Shown: positions 1 through 10,861 of the stretch, piece after piece
Layout of the letters: every line of letters starts with the position of its first letter
Numbering within the stretch: position 1 is the stretch's first letter
Assembly: GCA_045837725.1 (NCBI GenBank)
Contig: JBEWZL010000152.1
Location: 310,001-374,000, forward strand
Source: Vermamoeba vermiformis
Lineage: Eukaryota
DNA: 64,000 nt
Direction: 5' to 3'
Made by a program: the position numbers and the translations under genes
The notes under the pieces: model-generated
What the model was told of the DNA's origin: nothing
What the model saw: only the letters and a program-made list of their open reading frames with translations
Database searches by the model: none

Positions 1-2261
1 TCGTTAGTCCAGACTGAGGCCGACAAGCCAAAGTTGGTGTCATTAGCGCGGTGCAACACTTCGTCAAAGTTCTTCCAGCGCATGATAGCAGCAACAGGAC
101 CAAAGATCTCGTTAGTGCAAATGGGACTGTCGTGAGGCACGTCAACCAACAAAACTGGTCGAACGAACAAGCCCTTGGCGAGCTTGGGATCAGTGGGCAA
201 TGCGCTGCAGTGAACGGCACGCACGCCAGGGGTCTTTTCACCGATGTGAATGTAGTTCTTAATCTTTTCGAGTTGAGCCTAAAAAAATTGTGAAAAATTA
301 GACCAAGATATTTTTTGGACTGCGCGTGAAAAAAATGAGCAGAGGAGACTTACAGCAGTGATAACAGTACCAATATCAGTCTCTTCGGATTGAGGATCGC
401 CCATCTTCATAGCATCGATCTTTTGTTTCATCTTGGCAACAAATTCTTCGAAAATGTCTTCGTGGACGTAGATGCGGCTAGCAGCGGTACAAGATTGACC
501 TTGGCGAGTGAAGCGCACTAATAAATCACTATATTAACATCTAGTAATATCTTATATAACGTTATAATACGTACTAGAAACGATAGCGCCATCAACGACC
601 TTGTCAATTGACGCGTCCTTGTTGACGATCATAGGTGACTTGCCACCGAGTTCTATACATTGTGTTAATTACTATACTAATGATTATAATATGTACGTAC
701 CAAGGGTGACGGGGATCAACTTATCAGCAACACTGGCGTAGATTCTCTTGCCTGTCTCGACTGAGCCAGTGAAGCTAACCTTGCCGACGTCACGGTGCTA
801 GTTTTGATGTTAGACAAAGTGTAATAATAATAATACAATGATATTATATACTATATAGGATTCTGCCCTCTACCGGGCACTGCCACTCATAAGAGCGGTC
901 AGAAGTACAACTTAACAGTGCATTCATGAACGGTGACACGTGTCATGTCAAAAGTACAAAACATACCTTCACCAAGGGCTCACCGCAGTCTTCACCGTAG
1001 CCAGGTACAACGTTCAAGAGACCGGGAGGCAAGACTTGGTTGATAATTTGAGCGAGTCTGAGGACTGACAAAGGAGCTTCTTCAGCGGGCTTTACGACGA
1101 CACTGTTACCAGTGGCAAAAGCTATTCAAGGGCTAACGTTAGCGCCTATTTAACGTAGCTGCCGGGCGCGATCTTGTACGTACCAGGAGCGATCTTCAAA
1201 GCGAGCAACAAGAGCGGGGCGTTCCAAGGAATGATGGCACCAACAACACCAATAGGTTCACGAAGCTATGGAGTGTTAGTATTATGCTCATATAGGGTTT
1301 TATGAGTACGTACAGTCATAGTGAGTGAATCAGGATTGAACGGCAAAGTCTCGCCTTTGACCTCAGGCGCGAGACCACCGAAGAAGGAGAACAGATCTGA
1401 CACGACAGAGGCTTCGACACGACTCTCAGTGCGGATAGCCTTGCCTGTCTCGAGGGTCACTAACTTGGCCAATTCTTCGCTGTGTTCTTTGATCAGCTGT
1501 AACGGCAGTAATTAGCTTAGAAGATCCACTCAAACAAAAAATAAGAAATTTGCTAAATTTCTCATACTTAGTATTTAAAGATATTCTCAATAATATTTGT
1601 AATTAATACTATAATAATAATAATGAATGATACTTACAGCACCGCATTGAGCGATGATTTGACCGCGTTGACGAGCGCCGACTTGAGCCCAAGCCTTTTG
1701 AGCTTTCTTGGCCGAAGCGACGGCATCATTAATATCATCCTTATTACCTATAATAAACATGTTAGCATTAGTAGTCAATTTGCGGATAATTAGATCGAGA
1801 TCCGGATTTCCACGTGTCGAATAGATCAACTCTCTTTTACCTCTAGCAACATTAGCTACAAGTTCGCCAGTGGCGGGATTATTAACTTGGAATAATTTTC
1901 CACTGCGAGAAGCTTTAAACTGTAATTTTAAATGTTAATCCAGATGTATTGCCGACGATAAACAAATAAATTTGATTTAATGCTTATTAATATTACCTGT
2001 GAATCGATAATGATTTTGTTCTCCAATTCTTTGGCCAATTTGGAGGGTTCCAAATTAACGGCGAATTTTGAAACATGCCTAGGCATCAGATGCAGCGTTA
2101 GAACGACGCAAAATATGAAACAAGCTACTAGATCTTATTGTATGATATATTTTAGTATTATTAACGTACTGGGAGTAAGATCTGAGAGCGGATCTAGAAC
2201 CGCAACGGCTAGCCGTTCGGGAGAGCTTTCCGAAAGCAACTTTAGTAACTCGCGCAAACAT
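1..2261 (-). CDS. NAD(P)-dependent aldehyde dehydrogenase with mitochondrial-like presequence; multi-exon, 3' end runs off the window
   Basis: Spliced translation gives [36 protein letters not shown] (catalytic Glu) and [13 protein letters not shown] (catalytic Cys). The N-terminus [19 protein letters not shown] from ATG 2261 is Arg/Ser-rich and lacks acidic residues. Confidence 0.93.
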
Positions 2262-2587
2262 GTCGTTGCTAGTGTAATGTAATATAGACAATAACTGAGC
2301 CAATTATCGGCTCGCAAAGTTATTTTTACGTCTAGAAAATTTGACGCAGAATTTTTCAAACGGTCAGATCTAAACCTCGATTGAACACCATAACATGATG
2401 CGCTTAATACTATTATGCATATATTGTAGAAAGATACTACGAGGGTATTGGGACAGAGTGGGAAGGAGCACAAATTATCTATCCCTTTTCTCCCTTTTCG
2501 TCAAATAACCAGTCCTGTCCTGGGGCAAAATCAATTAATTATACGTAGCACGCAATAATGGAGCACGACACTATTGTATTTAATTGG

Positions 2588-3961
2588 ATGGTGCACTTCC
2601 CGCCGGAGATCTTGCAAATAATTTTTTCCTTCATTTCTACGGGTGCATGGGCCAGGTAATTTGCTATTAAAAAATATTAATTTAATAAATATTACTTCGA
2701 ACAATATATAGACGATCGTGATTGGAGCTGCAATTAAAATACTCGTCTAGATCTGGCACTAATTTTTTTTAATTCAGCCTTTGTCAAGTATCAAAAGGAA
2801 TTAGAATGATAGCTCTTGCGCATATAGATGAACTTTGGCTCCCTAATGAATGGCACGCAATGAAAGCAGCGCATCTAATGCCGAACGTCAAAAAGTTTAA
2901 AGGCCATCTGAATGTACCCTCGCATTTAGGCTATTTAAAACAACTACCCGAGCTGTTCTCCGACTTAAGAGACTTAGATATTACAGTTGACGATAGCCTC
3001 GGTCATTATTTCAAGTTACCGGACTCACTCACTAAACTGACGAATCTAGAGCGTTTGAAACTGGGCTGCTACGGCAACGATAATATTATGGCAAATATAG
3101 CTCTTCACTGCACCAAGATTACGAGCTTAACAATGCATGGCGTCAAAGAACAATATCTTCTAGCGATGACGCAACTCAAAGAATTTTCGGGCCACACGGC
3201 TGGGCCTAACAACACCAATTATTCCAAATTAAGTAATTTGCAGAAGCTGAAAGGACCGTTGGCACAACTTGGCATTGAAAAATTACAAAATTTACGCGTG
3301 TTTTATGCTGACACGTATACTCCAAACCTCGGAACGTTTCCAAAAATTCTTCGACAGTTGCCTAATTTGGAAAGACTAGGCTGTAGCATCTCCGGAAACG
3401 ATGAAGAATTGGTCAATGGACTGAAAGATATGACACAACTGACGCATTTAAGCGTACAATTTGTCGGTGATTCAGGCCTAAGCAAAATTTTAACGGATCT
3501 GACGCAGTTAAGATCATTAAAAGTAAGTACTATGACTACTGATACAGTTATTAATAACAATTTCTGGTCAGATCTTGTCACAAGTTTCGGATGAGATAGT
3601 CTCCCAATTGACGTGGCTAACAAAATTAAAAGTTTACGGGAAGTCAGATCTGCTCGAAAAAATCTGCACAAAGCTAACTCGATTGAAGTATTTCAAATAT
3701 GGAACCACCAATGTCTATTACGGCATTCCTAAATTTAGCGATCACCTAACTCAACTTCAACAGTTAGAGACGCTAACATGCGACAATGTTACTATGACCT
3801 CGCCGGAGAATTTTCGGGGAATTTTGACTCAATTGCAGAAATTAAAGCGTGTCGAGATTACTTGCAACGAATTGGATTGGAGGTCTTTGAAGAAGCTTGA
3901 CTGGCGTCCCATTCAGCATGTAGTCGTTAACTATATGACCATATGGTCTGAATTCAAATAA
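2588..3961 (+). CDS. F-box + leucine-rich-repeat protein
   Basis: Exon 1 MVHFPPEILQIIFSF...SLCQVSK is F-box-like, with intron 2656-2777. Repeated LxxLxxLxL motifs follow (LTKLTNLERLKL, LPNLERLGC, LTQLRSLK). The two ORFs are joined by a GTAAGT...CAG intron at 3523-3571. Confidence 0.8.
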
Positions 3962-4066
3962 ATAATAGCTTTTTTTGACAGCACGTCATTTTTTGTGCCG
4001 ATCTAAATCCGATCCGAAAAGATTCAATTTTATTTTACAGTTTTCTCGTTTCTAATAGATATTCTT

Positions 4067-5101
4067 TTACTGGGCTTTAACGTGATCACCTTCGGTAGAT
4101 TTCATTTCCATTTCCTTTTGCTCTTGCATTTTTTTCAAATTCTTTTTATGGACGGCTTCGATGATCTGCGCTACGGCGGGTGATAACAAAGCAACGCCAA
4201 GTCCTACTACTAGATATCCTACTGGCCTAGGATAATGTATTATTAATAACTTGCCATTTTAACAAACGCCGGTTTAACAATTGCCTTAAAAGGAAATGTC
4301 ATAATTGATAACATAAATTAAGCGGCTAATTTAAGAATAAAAATAATTAATTAATACGGCGTGGATGTGTGCTTACCTCGTATAATAGTCCCAGCCCCAC
4401 ATCGCCGAGGCATTCAGAAATTGAAAGACGGAGTTGGCGTTAAGCACCAAAATAATAGCTCCTAATATTCTTCTATTGCCGGGAATATTAGGATCGTACC
4501 ACTTCCATGTCTTTTGTAATTTTTTGTCCTCTCGATTCATAAATCGAACGAAATTGAGGACCCGGCCAGGAAAAGACAAAAATTGCGTGATGGTGAATAA
4601 TGCAGTGACGATTTGCGAGTTAACTTCGATCCATAGCATATATTGATAAGGTGTAGTAGGTACCCATGTGGTTAGAACCTAAATTTAATTTAAATTAGCC
4701 GATAGAAAAATAACAGATCCGTTGGATCTCGTGCAAACGAGTCGTCATAATACTAAATTATAAGCGCATATATAGTTAACCATAAGTAAGGTCAAAATAA
4801 TACTACTGACTATTAGTACGATTAAGATTCAAATTCAAAAACAGCATTCAGAGTCACTTACCATAAATATAACGGCGCCAGTTGCAACGTTCAATAAAAG
4901 TGCTATTAATATTATATATGCTAGCGGCTTCCGTAATATTGCTTTTAGTTTCGCGATTTTTTCCTGCCGGATTTGCTTTTTTGTTTTCACTGGCTGTATA
5001 GACGGCGATGGTTCTGAAAATACTGGTGATATTACTGTCGTTTCTGTTTGTGCCAATATTTCCGTCTCTGTTGAATGGCGACCGCTTGATTCACTGGACA
5101 T
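4067..5101 (-). CDS. Multi-pass membrane protein, DUF2985-like
   Basis: Four hydrophobic segments. WIEVNSQIVTALFT...P.R and L.AN..FQ.....MWG.....RP resemble the DUF2985 pattern of plant and fungal proteins. Canonical introns; stop at 4067. Confidence 0.65.
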
Positions 5102-5377
5102 TTTAAATACGAGCAGATCTGGATCGCTACTTCGCAGGCTAATCAAGACAAAACTACAATTGATAATAGAAATATGGGTGCTATATATTACATTGATTAC
5201 ATTGTAATACTGTTAGAACGGTTGTCAATAATTTGCACGTACTAACTTTTACTCCGTTGAAGATATTTTAACAATTTTATTGCTGGATCAACAAACACAA
5301 GAGATTTTTAAGGAATAATATGTAGCTATATACATATAATTAATTATACTACATGAAGAATATTTACAAGCTTCAAA

Positions 5378-5953
5378 TTAAATTCTGTGGCCCCATTTAT
5401 CGTGCTTAGCGTAACAGTCTCGTGCCCAGTGACTATCTCGACCACATCTGAAGCAGCAATCCGATTTGCCGAGATATTCACCATCAATAGAGACCTTAGT
5501 ATAACAATCTGTCACACCATGACCGTCTCTACCACATCTGACGCAAAAGTCATCGTCATCTTGGTAGATTTGTTGCTGGACCGGCGCAGAATATTGCTTC
5601 ATAAATTTTAGTGGACATTGATTTGCCATATGCCCATTTTGGCCGCATCCATAGCACCGCTGCGTATTGGTACGAAGCAAATCTAGTGGTGGATTTTGCA
5701 GCTCGGTTTGAACCCACGGCCCACCTCTCACTTTATCAACACCATATCTAGCCATATATTCTAGAGTTTTAGCCGTCTCTACTGCTTCATTTCCATCGAC
5801 TACCAGTTCAATCTGTTCTACTGGATGTATCTGCGTCCATACAGCGCCATTTCCGGTCATATGCGCCATTATTCTGTCATCGAAATTACGCGTAAATCCC
5901 ACATAATAATTTCCACCCCTTAATTTCAGGACATAGACCAATCCGTTCGACAT
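5378..5953 (-). CDS. GIY-YIG nuclease-domain protein with three CCHC zinc knuckles (copy 1)
   Basis: VYVLKLRGGNYYVGFT...R...H...E...YGVDKVRGG, then CYGCGQNGHMANQC, CVRCGRDGHGVTDC and CFRCGRDSHWARDC (CX2CX4HX4C). Coding region is intronless. Confidence 0.85.
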   Translation of the reverse strand: MSNGLVYVLKLRGGNYYVGFTRNFDDRIMAHMTGNGAVWTQIHPVEQIELVVDGNEAVETAKTLEYMARYGVDKVRGGPWVQTELQNPPLDLLRTNTQRCYGCGQNGHMANQCPLKFMKQYSAPVQQQIYQDDDDFCVRCGRDGHGVTDCYTKVSIDGEYLGKSDCCFRCGRDSHWARDCYAKHDKWGHRI

Positions 5954-6411
5954 CTAGAAAAAAGAATTCTTTGTCATTAGTTTATTGACCAATTAACTCA
6001 TCAGGCGAGTCAGTAATTATATACTAACCTTGAATTGTGGTATCACCACCACGTTCAAACTTCAGGATCAAAAGGCTGCACGCCAGAAATGTAAAGGACA
6101 TTCCGAACGTAAGCACTGATACTTTATCATTAAGTCACTTAATAATATAAATGTTATAGCTCGATAGAAAAGCTAAAAAGCATCATTTGGCATCGATCTG
6201 AAGTGGGTCAAGATTAGATCAGACGCTGGGGATAGATCCGTGTAAACCTCACTAAAAGTAAGTTTATTTATTTAATATGGTTAATACAATAATAATGAAT
6301 TTCTGCAATAATTTAAATTGCCTTACAACAGAATGAGGGCACCCTTACAATCAATTTCGATTTACTTCCACTCAATAATGCATTTCTATTGTTCTATGTA
6401 CACTTTTATTA

Positions 6412-7005
6412 TTATAATCTATTGCCCCATCGATCAAAGTTCGCTACGCAATCCTGGGACCAGTGGTTGTTCCTACCACATCTGGAACAGCAGTCGTCAT
6501 TGCCGATGAACTGTCTATTCCAGGTAAATGATGCCCGACAATTATCATATGAATGGTTATTACGGCCGCATCGAACGCAGAACTCGTCGACGTATGATTC
6601 CGAATCTGAGCCAGGGGACTGGCAGGATTGCTCTTCTTCGCCTGAATTATAGCCATTTTGAGGATACGATGGGCATTCGTTCGAGTCGTGGCCATAGAAT
6701 CCACAGTAATGGCAGCTGAAGGAATAAGCACGAACCAAATCTCGAGGTAAGCGCTGGATGTCGACTTGAGACCAGGGGCCGCCTCGAACTCTATGAACAC
6801 CATATTTTGCCATATATTTTAGAGTTACTTGTTGTTCTACTTCTTCGTTTCCATGATATACACCGATGACTTCTTCCACGGGATGTAGTTGGGTCCAAAC
6901 TGCTCCTCTGCCTTCCCAATGCGCTTTAATTCTCTCCTGAAAATTACGAGAATAACCAATATAATAATATCCTCCACGTAAACGCAAGACGTAAACAGTG
7001 TCCAT
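6412..7005 (-). CDS. GIY-YIG nuclease-domain protein with three CCHC zinc knuckles (copy 2)
   Basis: VYVLRLRGGYYYIGYS...R...H...E...YGVHRVRGG plus CHYCGFYGHDSNEC, CVRCGRNNHSYDNC and CSRCGRNNHWSQDC. Collinear paralog of 5378-5953, with a shared DxWGxR end. Confidence 0.85.
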   Translation of the reverse strand: MDTVYVLRLRGGYYYIGYSRNFQERIKAHWEGRGAVWTQLHPVEEVIGVYHGNEEVEQQVTLKYMAKYGVHRVRGGPWSQVDIQRLPRDLVRAYSFSCHYCGFYGHDSNECPSYPQNGYNSGEEEQSCQSPGSDSESYVDEFCVRCGRNNHSYDNCRASFTWNRQFIGNDDCCSRCGRNNHWSQDCVANFDRWGNRL

Positions 7006-7319
7006 TCTCTCGAACAGTCCAAGAACTTTCTGCGGTAGATCGTGTTAAACTAAATCGCCATGTTGGACTCGGGTTGTGACTTACGGTGATGTGAGGTGTT
7101 GTGATTAGTATACAAACAATATCAAAAATGAAATTAATTTCACAGCAACAGGTTGAAATCCCAAAAAGCGAGGACAACTGAAAATTCTTTTCGGGACAAT
7201 ACCTTGCCCCAAAAGCCTTTAAGTTAAACGACCAAAATTTTAAATAATAAGTGTTTCAAGTCATATTTAGTCGTTCACATGTATTTAAATAATGAATTAA
7301 TAATTCTTATCTCTCGCAG

Positions 7320-8199
7320 GCTGGATCGCGTTAAAATCTTAACGGAACTACACGCTGGCTTCACATAATCAAAAATAGAATCTCGCTGGTTTGCTTGACA
7401 CTTAATTCGATGCGCCAGAAAGATCCAAGTTTTGGCGTTCGTAAGTCACGATGTTGGACGCTGGTTTCGACTACTTGACAGCTATGAAAGACGCTCTTGC
7501 CATTGGTCGCTTGCAACTCGTCTTGACTCTGTTGTCTAAGACTAAAGAAGACAGCGTCGTTCAAAAGGTCAGCGACAAGAAACAAAACTTGTTCCACGCT
7601 CTTGGCCAGTCCTGCTACTCTCAAAGACAACAGAGTGTTACCGTTATTATAATATATTCATATCGTCTAACTTGTCGTTTAGGTGTCATTCACAACTGTT
7701 GCCGAGAAGTTGTTGGCACGTGAAGTTGACATCAAATTGATTGACAACAAGGGCAGATCGTCGTTGCACTATGCTGCCAAGAGAGGCGACAAAGAGCTGT
7801 GCGAGTTCTTGCTTGAAAAGGGATTGGACCCCAACCTCGTCGATAAGAAGCAACAGACACCGTTCTCATTGGCCATTCAAAACTCCGGACGAAAACGGCA
7901 ACTTGGTCTAGTTGTTCATGAAGAAGAAGGCTAACGTCAACAGTATGTTCTTGCACGAACAACGCAAGATCACACCGTTGATTTACTACATCAAGCAACT
8001 CAACAAGAAATCGTTGAGACGTATTGCGGATTCGGATGCCGAAGAAAAGGAGGAAAAAGACGACGAGAAGAGCGAGAATGACGAAGATGCTGATCTTATT
8101 AACGCCAACTTGTACTACCTCCGCGAATTCAACGAGTAGATTGTGTACGACACTAGCCAGGTCAGAATGCGCTACTTGATCCAACTCAAGCGCAAATAA
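7320..8199 (+). pseudogene. Truncated, internally deleted ankyrin-repeat PARP remnant
   Basis: Ankyrin repeats (DNKGRSSLHYAAKRGDKELCEFLLEKGLDPN, QTPFSLAI) are followed by NE*IVYDTSQVRMRYLIQLK, the extreme C-terminal motif of the PARP catalytic domain, interrupted by TAG. A further stop and frameshift lie near 7890-7910, and no start exon is seen. Confidence 0.7.
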
Positions 8200-8368
8200 T
8201 TTTCTGAGATTGAGGTTAGTCTTTAAAGACTCGTTAATCATATTAATCATACATAGAACAATATTAAAATCCGATTTTCCTTTTATGGTGATCCGTAACG
8301 CTTTAAACGCGTTTTCGGCATAAAAACGGTTTTAGTTTCTATTCTATTTGTAAGAAACAACACGTAAA

Positions 8369-10132
8369 ATGGTTTCCTTTCACTTCGTGCTGGTCTTGTG
8401 CTCTTGCGTCGTACTCTCGACTGCATCAAATACTCCGATCTGGCTTTCTCCGTTGAACACCTCTGATACAAGTAAGTGTTGTTCATTGTAGATTTATTCT
8501 CGATTTCAGTTATGTGCTCAACCCAATTTTTTTGTTAATTTTTATTCGTTACAACGCATTGTAATGTTAGGGCAGTTTTTTGTTACATTAACTATTGTAG
8601 TAAAATTAACAAGATCTTTAGTAATTTAAATTTAAGCTGTGCGCTATAACTGAAATTGAGCATAAAGCAAAAACTTAAAATTTATTTAGGTGAATTTCAA
8701 TCGCCCAGATACGAGTGGACAGACATCAGCACTGGTGCTGGCGGCAGAGCTGGAGGTTTTTTGGTTGAAACAGATTCAAAAGGAACAATTTGGATTACTG
8801 GTGGCTACAGTTATACCAGAGATAATTCAAACGCTGTTTGGAACTACGACCCCAAGACTGATCTTTACCGTTGGGTCGCCGGCGCCGTCAATGACTCCAG
8901 CGTTGATCTGGTGGTTGTCACTGAGTATGGTGTGCCCAATGCTAACGGATTTCCTGGTAAAATGACTTTTACCGCTTCGGCGATCGACCATAACGACAAC
9001 ATCTGGATTTATGGAAGCGAAGATGGCATTACAAACATGTTCTGGCGGTTCAACACGACGTCATTTGAGTTTACTAACTTCATGATACAACGATACGCTC
9101 CTCCCCGTGTACGGCGAAGTTGGCGTCCCTGCATCTGGCAACACTCCTGGAGAACTTGAAGGCGCTAGTCTCACTGTTGACTCTCAAAACAATCTGTGGC
9201 TCTTAGGAGGCTATCGCTCAGGAACTGTCAACAGCGTATGGCATTTCAATACTACGTCACTGATGTGGACTTTTGTTGGAGGCGACGCTCTTAACCCCGT
9301 CAAAATCGACTTTGCGAACAAGACTTGGAATGGCCGTTGGATGGCTGCCTCTACAATTGATGAAGAAGATCGTATTTGGATATTCGGTGGATATGGAGAC
9401 GGTCCAGCTGGCGAGCAAAGAGTAGATTGGGGTGACATGTGGTCTTTTGACACGAAGACTTTGAAGTGGCGTGTCGAATGGGGAAACGAATCTTCACTCT
9501 TGATAAACAGTTCTTTAGCAGTGCCCGACGACTTCGACATTAACAACTATCCGCGGTCTAGAACAGGCGGTTTGATGGTTGACAGACGAGACGGCACATT
9601 GCTCGTTGGCGGTGGAAGTTTTTACGTTACTGACCAGGGCTTAAATGATTTTTGGCTATTCAACAAGACGAGCAAGATGTGGAAGCTCGTGTACGGCAGT
9701 ATTGGTTCTGATAAAGTCCCGAATAATTTCACAAATTACCGTGCCAAAGGAAGTGTTTTTGGATCTCGGATCTACCCGGGCAGATCAGGTGGCATTCATA
9801 ATCGTGGTAATCTCATTCTATATGGTGGTGAGGGTGGCAACTTAGCGTTCAGTGACATCTGGATCTTGCCTCAAGACCAGTGCGTGGGTGCCAATAACGA
9901 TTGTGACGTCAACGCTGACTGCGTCGCGTCCCCTACTGATTACTTCTCGCACACTTGTACCTGCAAAGAAGGCTATACTGGTAACGGCAAAACTTGCACC
10001 TTGCCTTCTCCATCCTCCGGATCGCCTTCTCCTGCGCCCTCCGGTTCGCCCTCTCCTTCTAAGACATCGGAAGCCGCTATCAAATTTGCCGTGCCTGTCT
10101 TTGCTATATTTTATGCCGTATTATCTGCGTAA
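8369..10132 (+). CDS. Secreted or surface Kelch-type beta-propeller + EGF protein with Ser/Pro stalk and probable GPI signal; one frameshift near 9083
   Basis: Signal-peptide exon MVSFHFVLVLCSCVVLSTAS, then intron 8472-8689. Kelch-like IWITGGY, LWLLGGY, IWIFGGY and LILYGG with downstream D.W motifs; EGF CDVNADC...CTCKEGYTGNGKTC; SPSP repeats; hydrophobic C-terminal tail. Confidence 0.8.
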
Positions 10133-10329
10133 TTAAATACTTTGAGATTTTACCGTAGAAAAAGTTTGATTTACTGGTTGCCTGGCTTAAGTCGAAGTAC
10201 CAATGTATTACATTCGATCCCCCGGTGTAGAAGAAGCTGACCTCAGAACCTCGCCACGTCTTGACATCAACATAGACACAAAGAGAAACGCACCAATTAT
10301 TATATGGCGTGGCCATTCCAGCCATCACA

Positions 10330-10580
10330 TCCGCTGTACCGGCAACGTCCCGAGACGCAACAGAAGCACTCAAGACGGCAATCCAGATTCAGCACGAGGC
10401 AACTACCCTCGTTGGTCTGCTAAGGGTGTCGGAGTCTACATTACTCGATCTCGGCAAGCCAGTCAAACTCTGCAGCATCGAAGTAGCTTGGTATCAAGGA
10501 GATACGGGTCAAATTTTTCGATTTGAGCACACCTTAGACAACGTTTCTTATTCTCAAGTTTACTCTGGCAACAACTGCTC
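10330..10580 (+). pseudogene. Fragment of an F5/8 type C (discoidin/CBM32-like) domain
   Basis: Across a frameshift near 10443 it reads QDGN...RWSAKGVGVYI(T/L)LDLGKPVKLCSIEVAWYQGD...DNVSYSQVYSG. No clear start codon or complete gene. Confidence 0.5.
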
Positions 10581-10861
10581 ACAACAAACCTCCAGACCTA
10601 CGAGATCACCACTGTCAGTGAATGGTGCAGTATCAACGAGATCGCAAGGCGTCGATTAGTTTAAGCAACTGAGTCACTTTATGAACAAATTAGCTATTGT
10701 TTGGTGACTAATTCCAAGCCAACGGTAAGTTTACCTACGTCTGAGACGGTTACGCAATTTTTTTCGGGTGCGAATCCAGTTGAGTGCTGTTGACGTTGAA
10801 ATAATTTATATAAATTTACATTTTACCTTACTATTATACATGTTTTATATTCGACCTAAAC

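Noticed and set aside
3523-3594. Apparent frameshift between the two LRR ORFs
   Set aside because: Explained by a 49-nt GTAAGT...CAG intron that restores the frame.
5378-7005. Retroviral Gag or Penelope-like retroelement, suggested by CCHC knuckles and GIY-YIG
   Set aside because: No reverse transcriptase, protease, integrase or terminal repeats nearby.
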